Origin: Octopus sinensis
Lineage: Eukaryota
Length of the DNA stretch: 64,000 nt
Direction of reading: 5' to 3'
Assembly: GCF_006345805.1 (NCBI RefSeq)
Contig: NC_042998.1
Location: 156,550,001 to 156,614,000, forward strand
The notes beneath the pieces were generated by a model. The model worked only from the letters and a program-made list of their open reading frames with translations, did not search any database and was not told where the DNA came from. Positions 51,614 through 64,000 of the stretch are shown piece by piece (position 1 is the first letter of the stretch; each line of letters begins with the position of its first letter). Both the position numbers and the translations under genes were made by a program.

Positions 51614-53265
51614 TTAGGGAGTAAATCCAAACTTACAGGGAAAAATTAGATTTAGGATTAAATCTAATTTTATAGTATAAATATATATTATATTAAATTA
51701 GAGATAAAACCACTATTAGGCAAATCAAACAGTGAAAATCATAAGCCAATACATAGAAATAAAATTAATTAAAAAATATAAAAAATATAAAATATAAAAA
51801 TCCAATTAAAATATTTAAATTAAAGTTAAAATTTTAAAAAATTATTTAAATTAATAATTCAAACTTATAAATTATATATATATATATATATTATTATTAT
51901 TATTTTATTTATTTATTTATTTTTTTATAAAAAACCTCACTAAGCTAAGTATATATTTATATTTAAGATCTTTAAATTTTAAATTTTAATATTTTATAAG
52001 TCTTATGGTATAATAGTATTGTTTTTTTTATGTAAATATCGTTGTTTATCTAATTATCGTAATTTTCTATATAATTATTAGATATTAACTTTAAGTTTAT
52101 TCGTAAGAATTTACTTAGCGATAGATATGTTGTTTGATAGCAAGTATACGAGTTGTTTAAAGTTAGATTCATGTATATACATGTATTAATAGCATTAATT
52201 GTAGTTTTAAATTTCTTATAATTATTATTTTAACTTATATATTGTCTTTTTAAATAGTTATTTGCTAGTTATATTATTCCCATTGATAAATATATTTATA
52301 GTATTTATATAACTACGAATTGATTATTTCTTTAAGTATTTTAAATATAAGATTTTTGAAAGTTATTATTTAGCCAACGAGATATAAAGATAGTTAATTT
52401 TCTATAGCGTTCGTTTAAGATTGTTTGTTTGTATTTTTGAAATTAGCTATTTCATCTTTAAATATGAAAAATTAATTTATTAGGTCTTTATTATACGTGC
52501 ATATATATTTATTTGTAGAGATTATTTTAGATTTTAATTACAATATTTAAATACATTTATATATTTTCATTGATAATTTATATATTATTTAAATTTTATA
52601 TTTTAATAATATGAATAGTCATTTTTTTGTAAAATATTTATATAATTAGATATTCACTATTACTGATATTAGATTATTTGTGGGTTTCTTACTTTAAAAA
52701 TGAATACTTAAAAATTAAAATTAATATTTAACATTATAATCGTTGTTTTGACATAATCATAATCGTTAAGTTTCTAGTTTGATAATAGTTTTTTAAGAAA
52801 ATTTATTATATTATTTATTTCTTAAAAAATATTGTTTAAATATTTCTGATTATTTATTAAAATATTACAATTAACCTGAAGATTGACTGTAACCATAATT
52901 CGAATTATTAATTGAATTTAAATTATTGTTATTCGAATTGGTTACGGGCATGAAACGATCGTAGTGTTTTTACTCTTTATCTTATATTAAACTTTTAATA
53001 CTTTTTGATAGTTATATAATAATAAATAAATAAATAAATAAAATAATAATAAATATATATATATATATTCAAAATTTATAAGTTTAAATTATTAATTTAA
53101 ATAATTTTTTTTAAATTTTAACTTTAATTTAAATATTTTAATTGGATTTTTATATTTTATATTTTATATTTTTTATATATTTTTTAATTAATTTTATTTC
53201 TATGTATTGGCTTATGATTTTCACTGTTTGATTTGCCTAATAGTGGTTTTATCTCTAATTTAATA

Positions 53266-53266
<1 letters not shown>
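51614..53266. mobile_element. Extremely AT-rich element with about 190-bp inverted arms, probably Penelope-derived
   Basis: 51686-51873 inverted at 53073-53268; same family as 54817-55140; contains a hammerhead core; embedded in (TA)n. Confidence 0.6.
52874..52965 (+). ncRNA. Degenerate hammerhead ribozyme
   Basis: CTGAAGA 52876-52882; long helix II TGACTGTAACCA/TGGTTACGGGCA; GAAA 52952-52955; palindromic CGATCG; GTA; weak helix I. Confidence 0.6.
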
Positions 53267-53343
<77 letters not shown>

Positions 53344-53889
53344 GTATACATGATATATATATATCTTTAGAAATATTACATTTCAAAATCTCGATATTTT
53401 GTTCCCAGAGACCGTTCGTAAAGCGAAGACTCTTAAAGCAGAGCGATAATTTCCGGTAATAACAATGTTACAAATCGTAATTCGTTCTCAGAAAAATATT
53501 GTACCAATAAAATTCATAACACTTGTAAATAAATAGCAATAAAACAACAGTATAATGTAGAAAATATTTTATGTAAAATATTAAAAAAATGTCAAGATCA
53601 TTTATAATAAAAAATATTATTATAATCTTTTTCTGTATCACCTTCACTCACACTAGACTCGTGCACACACACCATCACTTGTAGACGCGATCGCCGAATT
53701 GCAAGCACTTTTAGACGGACTTGTAAATTTCTTTTTAAAAAATAAGTCTAGAGTTGTTTGCTTAGAAGCTTTTCCGTTCTCGGTGACACGTAGAGGCATT
53801 TGTTATGGTAGAAGAAACTTTGTACTTCATTCAAAATTTGGATCTTGTGCTTGAAAAATAAAACTCATAAACTTAGGTTCTCGTAAAGT

Positions 53890-53916
53890 GGGTCCTCGTA
53901 AAGAGAGGTATTACTG
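53890..53916 (-). mobile_element. Single Tc1/pogo (Tigger-like) terminal repeat
   Basis: CAGTAATACCTCTCTTTACGAG on the minus strand next to TA; partner end not found. Confidence 0.35.
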
Positions 53917-54749
53917 TATACACATATATGCGCACGCCGAAGGAAGGGATATTTCAAATTACAATTTGTTATATTTGTGTCCGCCGAGAGACAATCACAT
54001 CATGTTGCATAGTATTATTCCTGTTTGAGAGGTAAGTGAAAATAATAATAATAATAATAATGATAATAATAATAATAATAATAATATAATAATAATAATA
54101 ATAATATAATAATAATAATAATAATAATTTAAAGTTAAAATTACGGATCTTTTCCTTTTGAACGGCACATGTCAACTAGAAAGGATAAAGGTGGCATCCC
54201 TTTCTTGCGACCAAAAACCTCTCTTCGCATGTCGAGCGAAGTGCTGCCCTTGATTAAAGCTGACGCAAAAGCGGGTGCTGCTAGTTGGTCTGGCTGACAC
54301 AAAAGAGAGGGTGTTGCTCCTTGGACATAGCTGACACATTAGAGGAAGAGATAGGAAATACTCTCTGTTATATAGACTATGGTTAGTAATGTAGGTCAAA
54401 CCCTAAACAAAGGACTGACCTTTCCTTGACCAGCACAGGTCCTAGCGGGGTATGCATATGTATGTACTTATGCACACGTAAGCGCGCGTATATGCGGAGT
54501 TGTAAGTGGGTATTTATGTATGCATGTGTATGTACTTATGCACACGTATGCGCATGTATATGCATATGTGTGTGTATATATATGTATATATCTGTATATG
54601 TGAGTAGATGTGTGTATGTAGCTATGCCGAGATGTGAGTAGGTGTATGTGTGTGCATGTATGCGTATGTATTCATATACAGGCGTGTATATACATGTATT
54701 TGTACATGAGTGCAAGTGTGTGTGTATGTATGTATGTATTATATATATG

Positions 54750-54806
<57 letters not shown>

Positions 54807-54816
54807 TATATTATAC

Positions 54817-55140
54817 TAAATTAGAGACAAAACCACTATTAGGCAAATCAAACAATGAAAGACTTAAGCCAATATATATGATTAATTTATATTATTTAAA
54901 TATGTAACAAAATTATCAAAAAATATAATTAATTGTGGGATATTAATTAATTATATTTTTTGATAATTTTGTTACATATTTAAATAATATAAATTAATCA
55001 TATGTATTGGCTTAAGTCTTTCATTGTTTGATTTGCCTAATAGTGGTTTTGTCTCTAATTTAATATAATATATTTTACTATAAAATTGGATTCAATCCTA
55101 AATCTGATTTTTCCCTGTAAGTTTGGATTTATTCCCTAAT
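54817..55140. repeat. Palindromic fragment of the 51614 family
   Basis: 118-bp arms 54817-54934 and 54945-55062 with one mismatch, 10-nt loop; 55063-55140 is the reverse complement of 51614-51690. Confidence 0.9.
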
Positions 55141-55146
55141 ATTTAT

Positions 55147-55178
<32 letters not shown>

Positions 55179-55188
55179 ATATATATAT

Positions 55189-55251
<63 letters not shown>

Positions 55252-55259
55252 TCTATCTA

Positions 55260-55352
<93 letters not shown>

Positions 55353-55941
55353 ATAAAAATAAGCAACAGGATATCAAGTAGTAATGCAGTACGACCGTTT
55401 CAAGCGACTCCATTTAATTGCTGCAGCTAATGGTGGTGTTGCCTTTAGTGTGTTTCGCGTTGCTAATGTTTGTGGATTTAGAGTTCCCTTCCTTCGCTAT
55501 GTTGACATTTATTTCTTGCGCGTTTCTTCTGCTGCTATGCTTGACCCTTGTTCTGTATGCTTCTCTCTCTCTCTCTCTCTCTCTCTGTTTGTTCTCATCT
55601 ATGTTATTATTATTATCCATGTTGTTGTTGTTCTACCAGCAAATGTTTTATACTTTTAGGATTGTAAATAAAGAGCGATTTGCAAATGAATGAGAATAAA
55701 GACTGACCAATCAATCAGGTACCTCTTATTCACCAATCACCTGTCTGTAATATTATGATCCAATTAATATCTTTTATATTTCTGGGTAAAAATTACTATA
55801 CCACAATGTATGAATATTAGTCAACTGCGTCCAAGTGACAGATGTCTTAAATTTATATTCTAGGATAGTTTCAGTCTGTACACCCCCGCCACACACATAT
55901 AAAATAAAACTTACTTGGAAGAGGATGCGTGGCGTTCAATC

Positions 55942-55994
<53 letters not shown>

Positions 55995-57693
55995 TATATA
56001 AATAAATATATATATAAAATAAAATACAAAATGGGGCAACAAAACATCCAGATAGACAATACACAAAAAAAAACCACGGACGGGTCATTCGAAGCCTTTT
56101 ATCTTCACTCAAGAACCGGTCATCCTCGCAATTTCGGCTGATTAATCTTCAGATTGCTCCAATCTGGCCAGCCCCCAAGGAAAAACTAAGCTAAGAGCAT
56201 TAGATCCCTTGGAAAAAAGTAACGAATGTATACGAAACAAGGACGAAAAAACAGACGATGTTACACGAATATAAATACAAAATACAATAAAAAAAAAAGC
56301 AATGATAATAATAATAACAGGACATAAGAACATGCGTCTTTTGACTGGGGACGAATTGAATTCAGCTGGCGTGTATGGAAATTAAGCCTCGTGGCAGAGG
56401 GAAGAATATTGACGTGGCAGTGACCAGTCAAACGCAAAAGGGCTAGCAGTCGGCCTCGGTCACGTGAGAAGAGAAGAGAGAGAAAAGAGGAACAAAGGAA
56501 TTAAGGAGGGGAGAAGAGAGAGAGTGTGTAGAAGTAGATAGACTGAAGAATCAAGGAGTGGCGAGAAAAAAAAAGAGAGACAGGGACATAGTGAAGTGCA
56601 AAGTAAGAAAGGCAGAGAAATGTGAGAGAGAGTGGGGATATATATGTTTAATAATATCAGGGTAATAAAGATTTTAGAAATTTTTACTACCAGTGGTCTA
56701 ACATAGAGAAAAAATTACCGTAAATCCTCGAGTATAATCCGCATTTTCCCCCCCAAATTTAAAGGTCAAAATCCCCAGTGCGTACTATATACGAAGTTAA
56801 AAATGAAAAATATTTTCTAAGCAATGTCCGAGTCTCTATTTGCTGTCCGGCAATGTTTATTCAGACGCATTTTGTGATGTCGGGCGCGAAAATAGCTTAA
56901 GCTAAGCCTGAAAGCAATGAAGTCATAAAAGAATCATCCATAACTTGCAGTAAGCAACATTTATTAAAATAAAAGTATTCAGAACACAGAATAACATGTA
57001 ACAAAAACAATTTGCAAACATATTTACATTCCCATATAACAGTTAAAAACATCACCATTATTGTATTACGCATGCGCGGAAGTGTTTGTTCGACTAGGTA
57101 CTGCTGGCTTAATTACTCGTGCTTTGTACAACAAAAGAAGTACGAAGCACGAGTACATGGAACATTAACTATTTTTTCGAACAACGAAAAACACAAATGG
57201 AAAACAAAACAATTAGTTGTTGGCTGTTTTTCTAGTCCCGTATTTCGAGCATTTAACAACAATTTACGCTTTCGATAAAACAGTTGCTCCCGCAAAGCAA
57301 ATTAAATAAAATTTGGGATTTTGCGGAGGGTCAAAATAGGTAACACAACCAGGACAGTGAAAAACAAACAGGAAGGGCTGTTAAGCCAAAACGAGGTTGT
57401 GGTGGCGAACACGTAAATCAAGCTAGGACAGGAGACTAACAAGAACACGTCTTCCTTGTTCCAGAGAAAGAAAGATGGCCGACGGTCACGTGGGAGCCAC
57501 GTGAGCAAAGGAGGAGTGAAGGAGAGAGTGACAGAGTAATAGGATAGAACAGTGGGAGAAGAGGAGGTATAAGAATAAGAGAGAAAAACAAAAGAGTAAA
57601 AAGATCGTATAGAGTGCCCATCAGAATTATTAAGATAAAACTTACTTGGAAGAGGATGCGTGGCGTTCAATCATAATATATATATGCATATGT

Positions 57694-57726
<33 letters not shown>

Positions 57727-57848
57727 CATATATGCATATATACATATATATATGCATATATACATATATATATGCATATATACATACATATATATATGTT
57801 TATATGCATATATATATATATATGTTTATATGCATATATATATATATA

Positions 57849-58928
57849 CGAGGGGCGTTCAATAAGTAATGCCCCTGACCCACTTCCTATAGCAGTAGAG
57901 CAACGACACTTGGCACAGTTATTAGTCTTTTCCTACATAGGAACTACCCAGAGTTTTGCATTTCTCCCATCGTTTGATACAGCTCTGGAGACCGTTTTTT
58001 GTAGAAGACCCCAGCTTGGTCCTCCAACCACGATGTGACTTCAGAAATCAAGGCTGCATCATCTGGGAAACGCTTTCCTTTCAAAATCAACTTCATGGCT
58101 GGGAAGAGGTGAAAATCAGAGGGTGCAAGGGGAGGAGTTCATAGCTGCACGCCTGTGCTTCTGATCTGGCGACACGCGAGTTGTGGACCGGAGCGTTGTC
58201 CTGCAGGAGGAGGATGCCTTTGCTGATCTTGCCCCGCCTCTTGATTTTGATAGCTTCTCTTAATTTCCTCAAAAGTGAAGCATAATAGGCTCCTGTAATT
58301 GTGGTACCCTTTACCAGGAAATCTGTCATCACTACTCCGTCCTGGTCCCAGAAGACTGTGAGCATAACCTTGTCAGCGGAGGGCTGCACCCTTGCCTTCT
58401 TTGGAGGAGGTGAGTCACGGTGCTTTCACTGCATTGACTGGGCTTTGGTCTATGGATCATAGTGATGGACCCAGGTTTTATCCTGTGTGATCAGTCTTTT
58501 GAAAAATTTTGACTCATCTTCTTGGCACATCTCCAAATTCATCCTTGAGCACTCAACGCGTTCTTGCTTCTGGAAAGGTGTGAGCAACCTGGAAATCCAT
58601 CTGGCAGACACCTTTTGCATATGCAAATGGTCATGAATGATAGTTTCCACAGACCCGGTACTAATCTTGACCTTATGGGCTATTTGGCGAATAGTTATGC
58701 GTTGACCTTCCAAAATGGCAACCTCAACTTGACGGACAGACGTCTCATCAACGGCAGAAGGGGGCGACCAGATCTGGGAGCTGTTTCCACAGAGTTCCGA
58801 CTATGTTTGAATTCATAATGCCAGCGTTTTACAAGGTCATATGATGGGGCATCATCACCATAAGTTACTTTCATTTCATCAAAAGTCTCCCGTGGTGTGC
58901 GTCCTTTCAAATACAAAAACCAGATCAA
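57849..58928 (-). mobile_element. Mariner (D,D34D, Hsmar2/irritans-like), 5'-truncated
   Basis: TA + TIR CGAGGGGCGTTCAATAAG; SGRP, KVSARW, ITQDKTWVHHYDP, KVMLTVFWD, LQDNAP, APSDFHLF; stops and deletions. Confidence 0.92.
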
Positions 58929-58939
58929 TAGTTTTTCTG

Positions 58940-59345
58940 TGACAGCAGTTAAATTTGCCAGATGCTTTAGCTAAGCAAAATAATGTCTTCGCCACTTGAC
59001 CCTTCTAACCTCTTCCATTTCACCAATAGCTAGAACAGATATCACAGACCTCCAACGAATTCTATTGTTGAAGAAGCGAGTTGGTGAAAACGCAGTGACA
59101 GCGACCATTAGGGACAGAGAGAGAAAGAAGGTTATGAGACACAACATCCTTCGACTCTATAACTTTTACTAGCTCGAGTTCTTTTCTCTTACATCATTCT
59201 ATCTTTATCTGTGGGTTACTACTATGAGAACGTGTACACACATACAGGCTGAAATTAACTTTTCTTTTTACCTTGCATGCTTCTCCATTTACTAGTTATA
59301 CATTCCACCACATCGTGGTTTTGGGTAACGGTAAATAAAATAACC
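58940..59345 (-). mobile_element. Penelope-like fragment paralogous to 42111-42334 plus 46070-46200
   Basis: Shared blocks GAGACACAACATCC.TCGACTCTATAACT and GTCAAGTGGC.AAGACATT..CTTAGC.AAAGCAT..GGCAAAT; a related block lies in 20130-20250 and 24945-25050. Confidence 0.55.
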
Positions 59346-59399
59346 TTTTCTAACCTAATAAAGAAATAGGTAAATAAAATAACCTTTTCTAACCTAAAC

Positions 59400-60620
59400 A
59401 TTAACCTCTACATCTTGACCCGCAAAATTCAGGTCTTGTGAATTTTCCGAAGTCCTCTCCCCACCCTCTTGGAAAAGATTTTCCCCACAAATTTCGGCAA
59501 GACATTGCCCACCCCCACAAAAAAATCCACCCTTAAAAAAATTTTTTTTCAACACAAATCCCCCTTTTCGGCTACGGGGAATACGAATCTGCAAAAAATT
59601 GACAAAAATCGACATTTCTAAATTACCACCCCCATTTCCTTTGTTTTAAACTTTTTTCACAATTTTTTTTTTTCAAAATATGCAGAAAAATACGGAGATT
59701 ATAATTCTGAAAAATCTTTGTAAAATTTTTTTAAAGAATTTTTTTTATTTTCTAAATATGCGGAAAAATACGGACATCATGATTCGGACAAAAATTTCAA
59801 AACATTTCTGTACTTACGGTTACGATTTTAGGGTTAGGGTTTTAGGTTAGGGTTTAAGGTTAGTGTTGGGGAAAAAAGTCAAAATTGAAGAAGTTGGGGG
59901 AAAGGTGGGGAAGTTCACAATGCCGATTTTTGGCAATTTCCTGGAACCTTCGTATCCCAAAACGGGTGTTTTTGGCAAAAAAAAAATTTACAAAACTAAA
60001 CAAATTTGGGATAAAATGGGAGGGGGGGGGGTCGGAAGTCTTTCCCAAATTTCTTTATAATCGTAATGCATGCCGTTTGAACGGTATTTCTATAAAATTT
60101 TATTGAACAAAAACAAACCCATATTCCTAAAAGTTACGAGGGAAAAGCTCGGATCTTGTGAATTTTCCGAAGTCCCCTCCCCAGCCCCTTGGAAAGGATT
60201 TTCCCCCAAAATTTCTTTATAATTGTAATGTATGCCGTTTGAAAGGTATTTCTATAAAATTTTATTGAAAAAAAAACACATTGTTTTACCACCATTCCAG
60301 TATATTTTTTAGATTTTCATTTCCCGGTCGAGATGTAAACATAAACCACTATGTATGAATGTATGTATGTGTGTGTGTGTGTGTAAGATTTTTCAGTGGA
60401 GTTTCGGATCAGGACGTCCACATAACTTGAAATTTCTCCGTTTTGGCGGGGAATTTTACAATTTTATTTTCACTTTGGCCTTCGAAATGATAGGGGGCGT
60501 CTTTTTATCCCCTCCCTTCCAGATCAATTTTTTTAGCACTACGCACCAGGTACAACCAAACAGAAAAGATCCCCCTTCGGTAAAAAAGAAAAAAAAAAAA
60601 AGAAAATTTGTAAATATTTT
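59400..60620. repeat. Dispersed homopolymer-rich repeat family, unclassified
   Basis: Motif GATCTTGTGAATTTTCCGAAGTCCTCTCC..GGAAAAGATTTTCC recurs near 29300, 29420, 48930, 59432, 60150 and 62910; includes TTAGGG-like repeats at 59828-59862. Confidence 0.7.
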
Positions 60621-63374
60621 TTGACGAAGATGTGCTATTTAAGACTTGGCTGTTGTTTCTAGCTCATTCGAAGACCACCTTCCTCGTTTCTTTGTTACTG
60701 AGTAAGACAGTATAATGTAAATTTACCGCTTCAATTCTCCAGAAAACAGACTCATACTCATTAATATCCATCTCTAGACATCAGAAATAAATAAATAAAT
60801 AAAATAAAAATAATATCTAGGTCAACTGAAAGAGGATCAAGGGAAAAATGACACTCATGAAATAATATTAACTGCTAACCAAAGTGGAAGTTATATATCC
60901 TAAACTCAGATTGCCCAGCAATGTTTCAAATTTATTATTGTGAGAATCGCTGGCGCATCAGATAAAATGCTTAGTGGCATTTTTTTTCTGACTTTTTAAC
61001 GCTTTCGCTTCAAATTCCGCTGAGGTCGATTTCACCGTTCATTCATTCGAAATCGAGAAGTTGAGAATTGGGGGAAGGGGAATGTAAGCAAATAACTAAT
61101 TCTAAAATTATTCGCTTTGTGCCAAAATTTGAGAGAATTATTATTAGCTGCTGAAGCTGTTAAAAAGCGAAATGAGATCGTGCGTGGATTTTGATTAGTA
61201 GTAGTAATCGCGGTTAATGTTTACATCTTGATAGTTAATGTCAAGATGTAAACATTAACCATAATCGCTACATATCGTTATTAATTTTAGGAAAAGCAGT
61301 GACTAGCATGTGAATAATAAAAAGATATGTATAATTATAACGAAAAGGTTCCTGTAAAATGTTTATCTGATAAAAATAAAATTTAAGCTATATAATATAT
61401 CGATTCGTGAAGAAAGATAACTGTGTCATACAGGCATAAACAAACACCATAACATTATGTTGTGTCTCGTCTTTACGTTGTGAGTTCAAATTCCGCCGAG
61501 GTCGGCTTTGCCTGTCATCCTTTCGACTTACCCACCACAAAAAAAAATGCAGGCCTTGTGTCTATAGAAGAAAGGATTATTAATACGCACTGGTTCCATT
61601 CCACGCCTTTATTATTAGTCAGTTGATTGTTATTTATTATTACTAATATAATTCATCTGCAAAACCTCGGAGGGAAATTAAAGTCTGAAAGACAAAAGAC
61701 AAAAATAAAGTTTGTGAAAGTAAAAATGGTACGCTAAACTTACATGTATAATTTTGTGTTGATGTTGAAAAAGATTCATAAATACGTGCTGAATATGGTT
61801 TCACTATTGTTTTTTTTAATTCATTTTTACTGTTGGTGTTAAAAAACAAATTACGTTTAATTTTCTGATTGAAAGAAAGGTAGGATTCCAAAGTAATGGA
61901 TTTTCATGGATTTCAACTATTTTCATGTTTCTTTTGAAAAAAAAAATGCTTGTCTCATTTTTATGAAGTGTGTAGTGCAAAAAGAGACAATTTGGAAAAA
62001 ATCCACCCTGAAGGAATGGGGCGGAAGGAATGTTTGTGTAAAATATAAATTTTCAAAAATTTATGCTTTCATAAATCGCTTCCCCCCGTCGTTTTAAAAT
62101 GAGTGGTAAAAGAAATAATTAAAGAGATTGAAAAATCCTCATCAAAACGTAGTAAATCCTACCTAAGTGGACATGCTATTCGTGACCTCTAACAGTGAAT
62201 ACATAGAAATAACAATATGTATAATCGTACGCATGCGGTGTTATAGAGGAAGTATACAGTCCAAAATTAAACACACATTCAATCATGTTTAGGACTTGGA
62301 CGTTGCATGTCAACTTATCAGGTGAATATTTGCTGTTTCGTACTTCTTTTTTCAAGTGAATTTAAATTGTTAGAAATCTATTACATCATTTCATTTTAAA
62401 CAATCAAGCACGTACGCTAGTTCTCTTTTACCCCGTAAAAAGTACAAAATTAAGCTATTGATATCTTTTGAAAGTTATACTATTACATAAGGGTACTCGC
62501 CTCAAGGGTTTCGACAGGCTTATGGAAGGATATACGGATATGGAACAGGCAGTCATTTAGAAGTCTCCAGTCGTGAAAATCTTAAGGCGCTCTGGGTTAA
62601 TGTTTACTTTAACACCCGGCGGCCACCGAAAAAAAAAAGTGTTACAGGTGTAAAAAAAAAATGTGTATGAAACGAAAATGAGAAAAAAATTTGCGCCTAG
62701 CGCAAATTTTCTTTTGTTAAAAATTTGTTTTATTTTCGGTAATGAAATATTTTTTTGCTGGAAGTTAAGAGACAACGAAGTCGGAGGTGGGGGTACATAT
62801 GCTGCATTTTTTTCTTAAACCTTTTTCCATTACTCAGATGTGTTTATGATCGCCCAATTTTTTTCCATTACATTCAAGTAAAAAAATAATTTATGAATTT
62901 CTTTCTCATTGAAAGTCCTCTCCCCAATCCCTCGGAAAAAAACCTTTTCCCCACAAATTTCTGGGGTTAATGCAGATTCGCACCTACTTTGAACAATGCA
63001 TTTTTCTGAAAAAGTTTATGCCCCAAAGTTCTTTATAATCGGTTCGTTGGCGCAAATGTTTCTCATATTCGTTTAGTACACATTTTTTTACGCCTATTAC
63101 ACTTGTTTTCGTGGCCGGGTGTTCGAGTAAACATTAGCCAGAACTCGTTTGACAATGTAATCCTACACGCGTAGATGCACACATAAAGGTAACTGATAGC
63201 CTGTAAATTTGAGTTGAAAAGCCACATATTCTGTACACATGACATTGGTAAGACGCCTGTCATGACTAGAGGGGATGTGGTTCGAGTCCTACAGGCAGCC
63301 TTCGATTTTCTCTATCTGAAAAAGTTTTTCAACCCATTATTTACATGCTGTTAATTCTTTTTTCGTTTTTCTTT

Positions 63375-63680
63375 TCTCTGGCTCCAAGCCTCGTGCATAG
63401 GCCGCAAACTCTGATATCACCGCCTGTAACATAGGGGAGAGGAAGGTAAGCAAATACAGGAGCCTGACTGGTTGCTGTTTGTTTGAGCCGGTCACCATCG
63501 AGACCTTAGGTGTTCTTGGATCCCACATTGCTGATTCTCTCTGCAAAATTGAGACCCATTTGAGAAACGATCCCCACGATAGGGTGGTTGTTGCAACGAG
63601 TGTTGCTGGCCATTCTCTGTGACAACTCCTTTGCAATTATGTCCACAAAACGTGGCTGAATACGCCATTTGGTCTGGGGG
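63375..63680 (+). mobile_element. CRE-like LINE 3' fragment, second copy
   Basis: ERKVSKYRSLTGCCLFEPVTIETLGVLG / WLLQRVLLAILCDNSFAIMSTKRG*; 3' UTR start matches the reconstructed 10910-15708 site. Confidence 0.75.
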
Positions 63681-64000
63681 CAGGGCCCTCAAGAGTGGGG
63701 TCCAACCGGTACTTTGTTCTGGGACCCAAGAGTTACAACAATCTTGTAACATCCATCCCCCCTTGAAAACAAGCACTTTCTACCACCCTCAGCCTGACAA
63801 AAACATCACTATACTTATCACACCACACTTCTCTTTATTAGTATTTGTTATTAATTATTATAGGCCTAGTTGTATAGATATATGATAGCATCAAGAGTAT
63901 CTTCCTACAGCCTGGGGCCCTCAAGGTGTCTTGTACCACCTTGCAAAATTTCCTTTCTAGGCCCTGTCTGGGAGTGTATAATCTGTTACCCAACTCCCGT

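Noticed and set aside
58940-59345. Bipartite 5'+3' deletion derivative of the Tx1 LINE
   Set aside because: The two matching blocks lie outside the Tx1 coding region and are better explained as the contiguous host element that the Tx1 interrupted.
63245-63302. tRNA gene
   Set aside because: Only a B-box-like GGTTCGAGTCC is clear; no convincing cloverleaf. The heads at 2643 and 49213 are SINEs, not tRNA genes.

Overview
AT-rich, microsatellite-dense metazoan DNA. The SINE families and repeat style suggest a cephalopod (Octopus-like); this is inference. About 90% of what can be assigned is transposable-element material in nested layers: three copies of one Ty3/Gypsy family with tRNA-Leu primer sites (two complete with 5-bp TSDs), CR1-group, L1/Tx1, R4/NeSL-like and CRE-like LINEs, Penelope-like remnants carrying hammerhead-ribozyme cores, hAT, Chapaev, mariner and Helitron remnants, tRNA-SINEs and foldback MITEs. 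The only clear host gene is an intact, intronless 835-aa glycogen phosphorylase (7555-10062), probably a retrogene, with catalytic residues retained but regulatory positions changed (Ser14->Thr, Asn284->Ala). The most unusual structure is an 8.8-kb unit (19637-28404) bounded by GG..CC inverted arms and an exact 8-bp TSD that encloses a Merlin transposase plus about 5 kb of unrelated repeats and an internal inverted duplication. Several independent short inverted templated duplications recur across the window. All alignments and mismatch counts were done by eye; single frameshifts in elements could be assembly errors.
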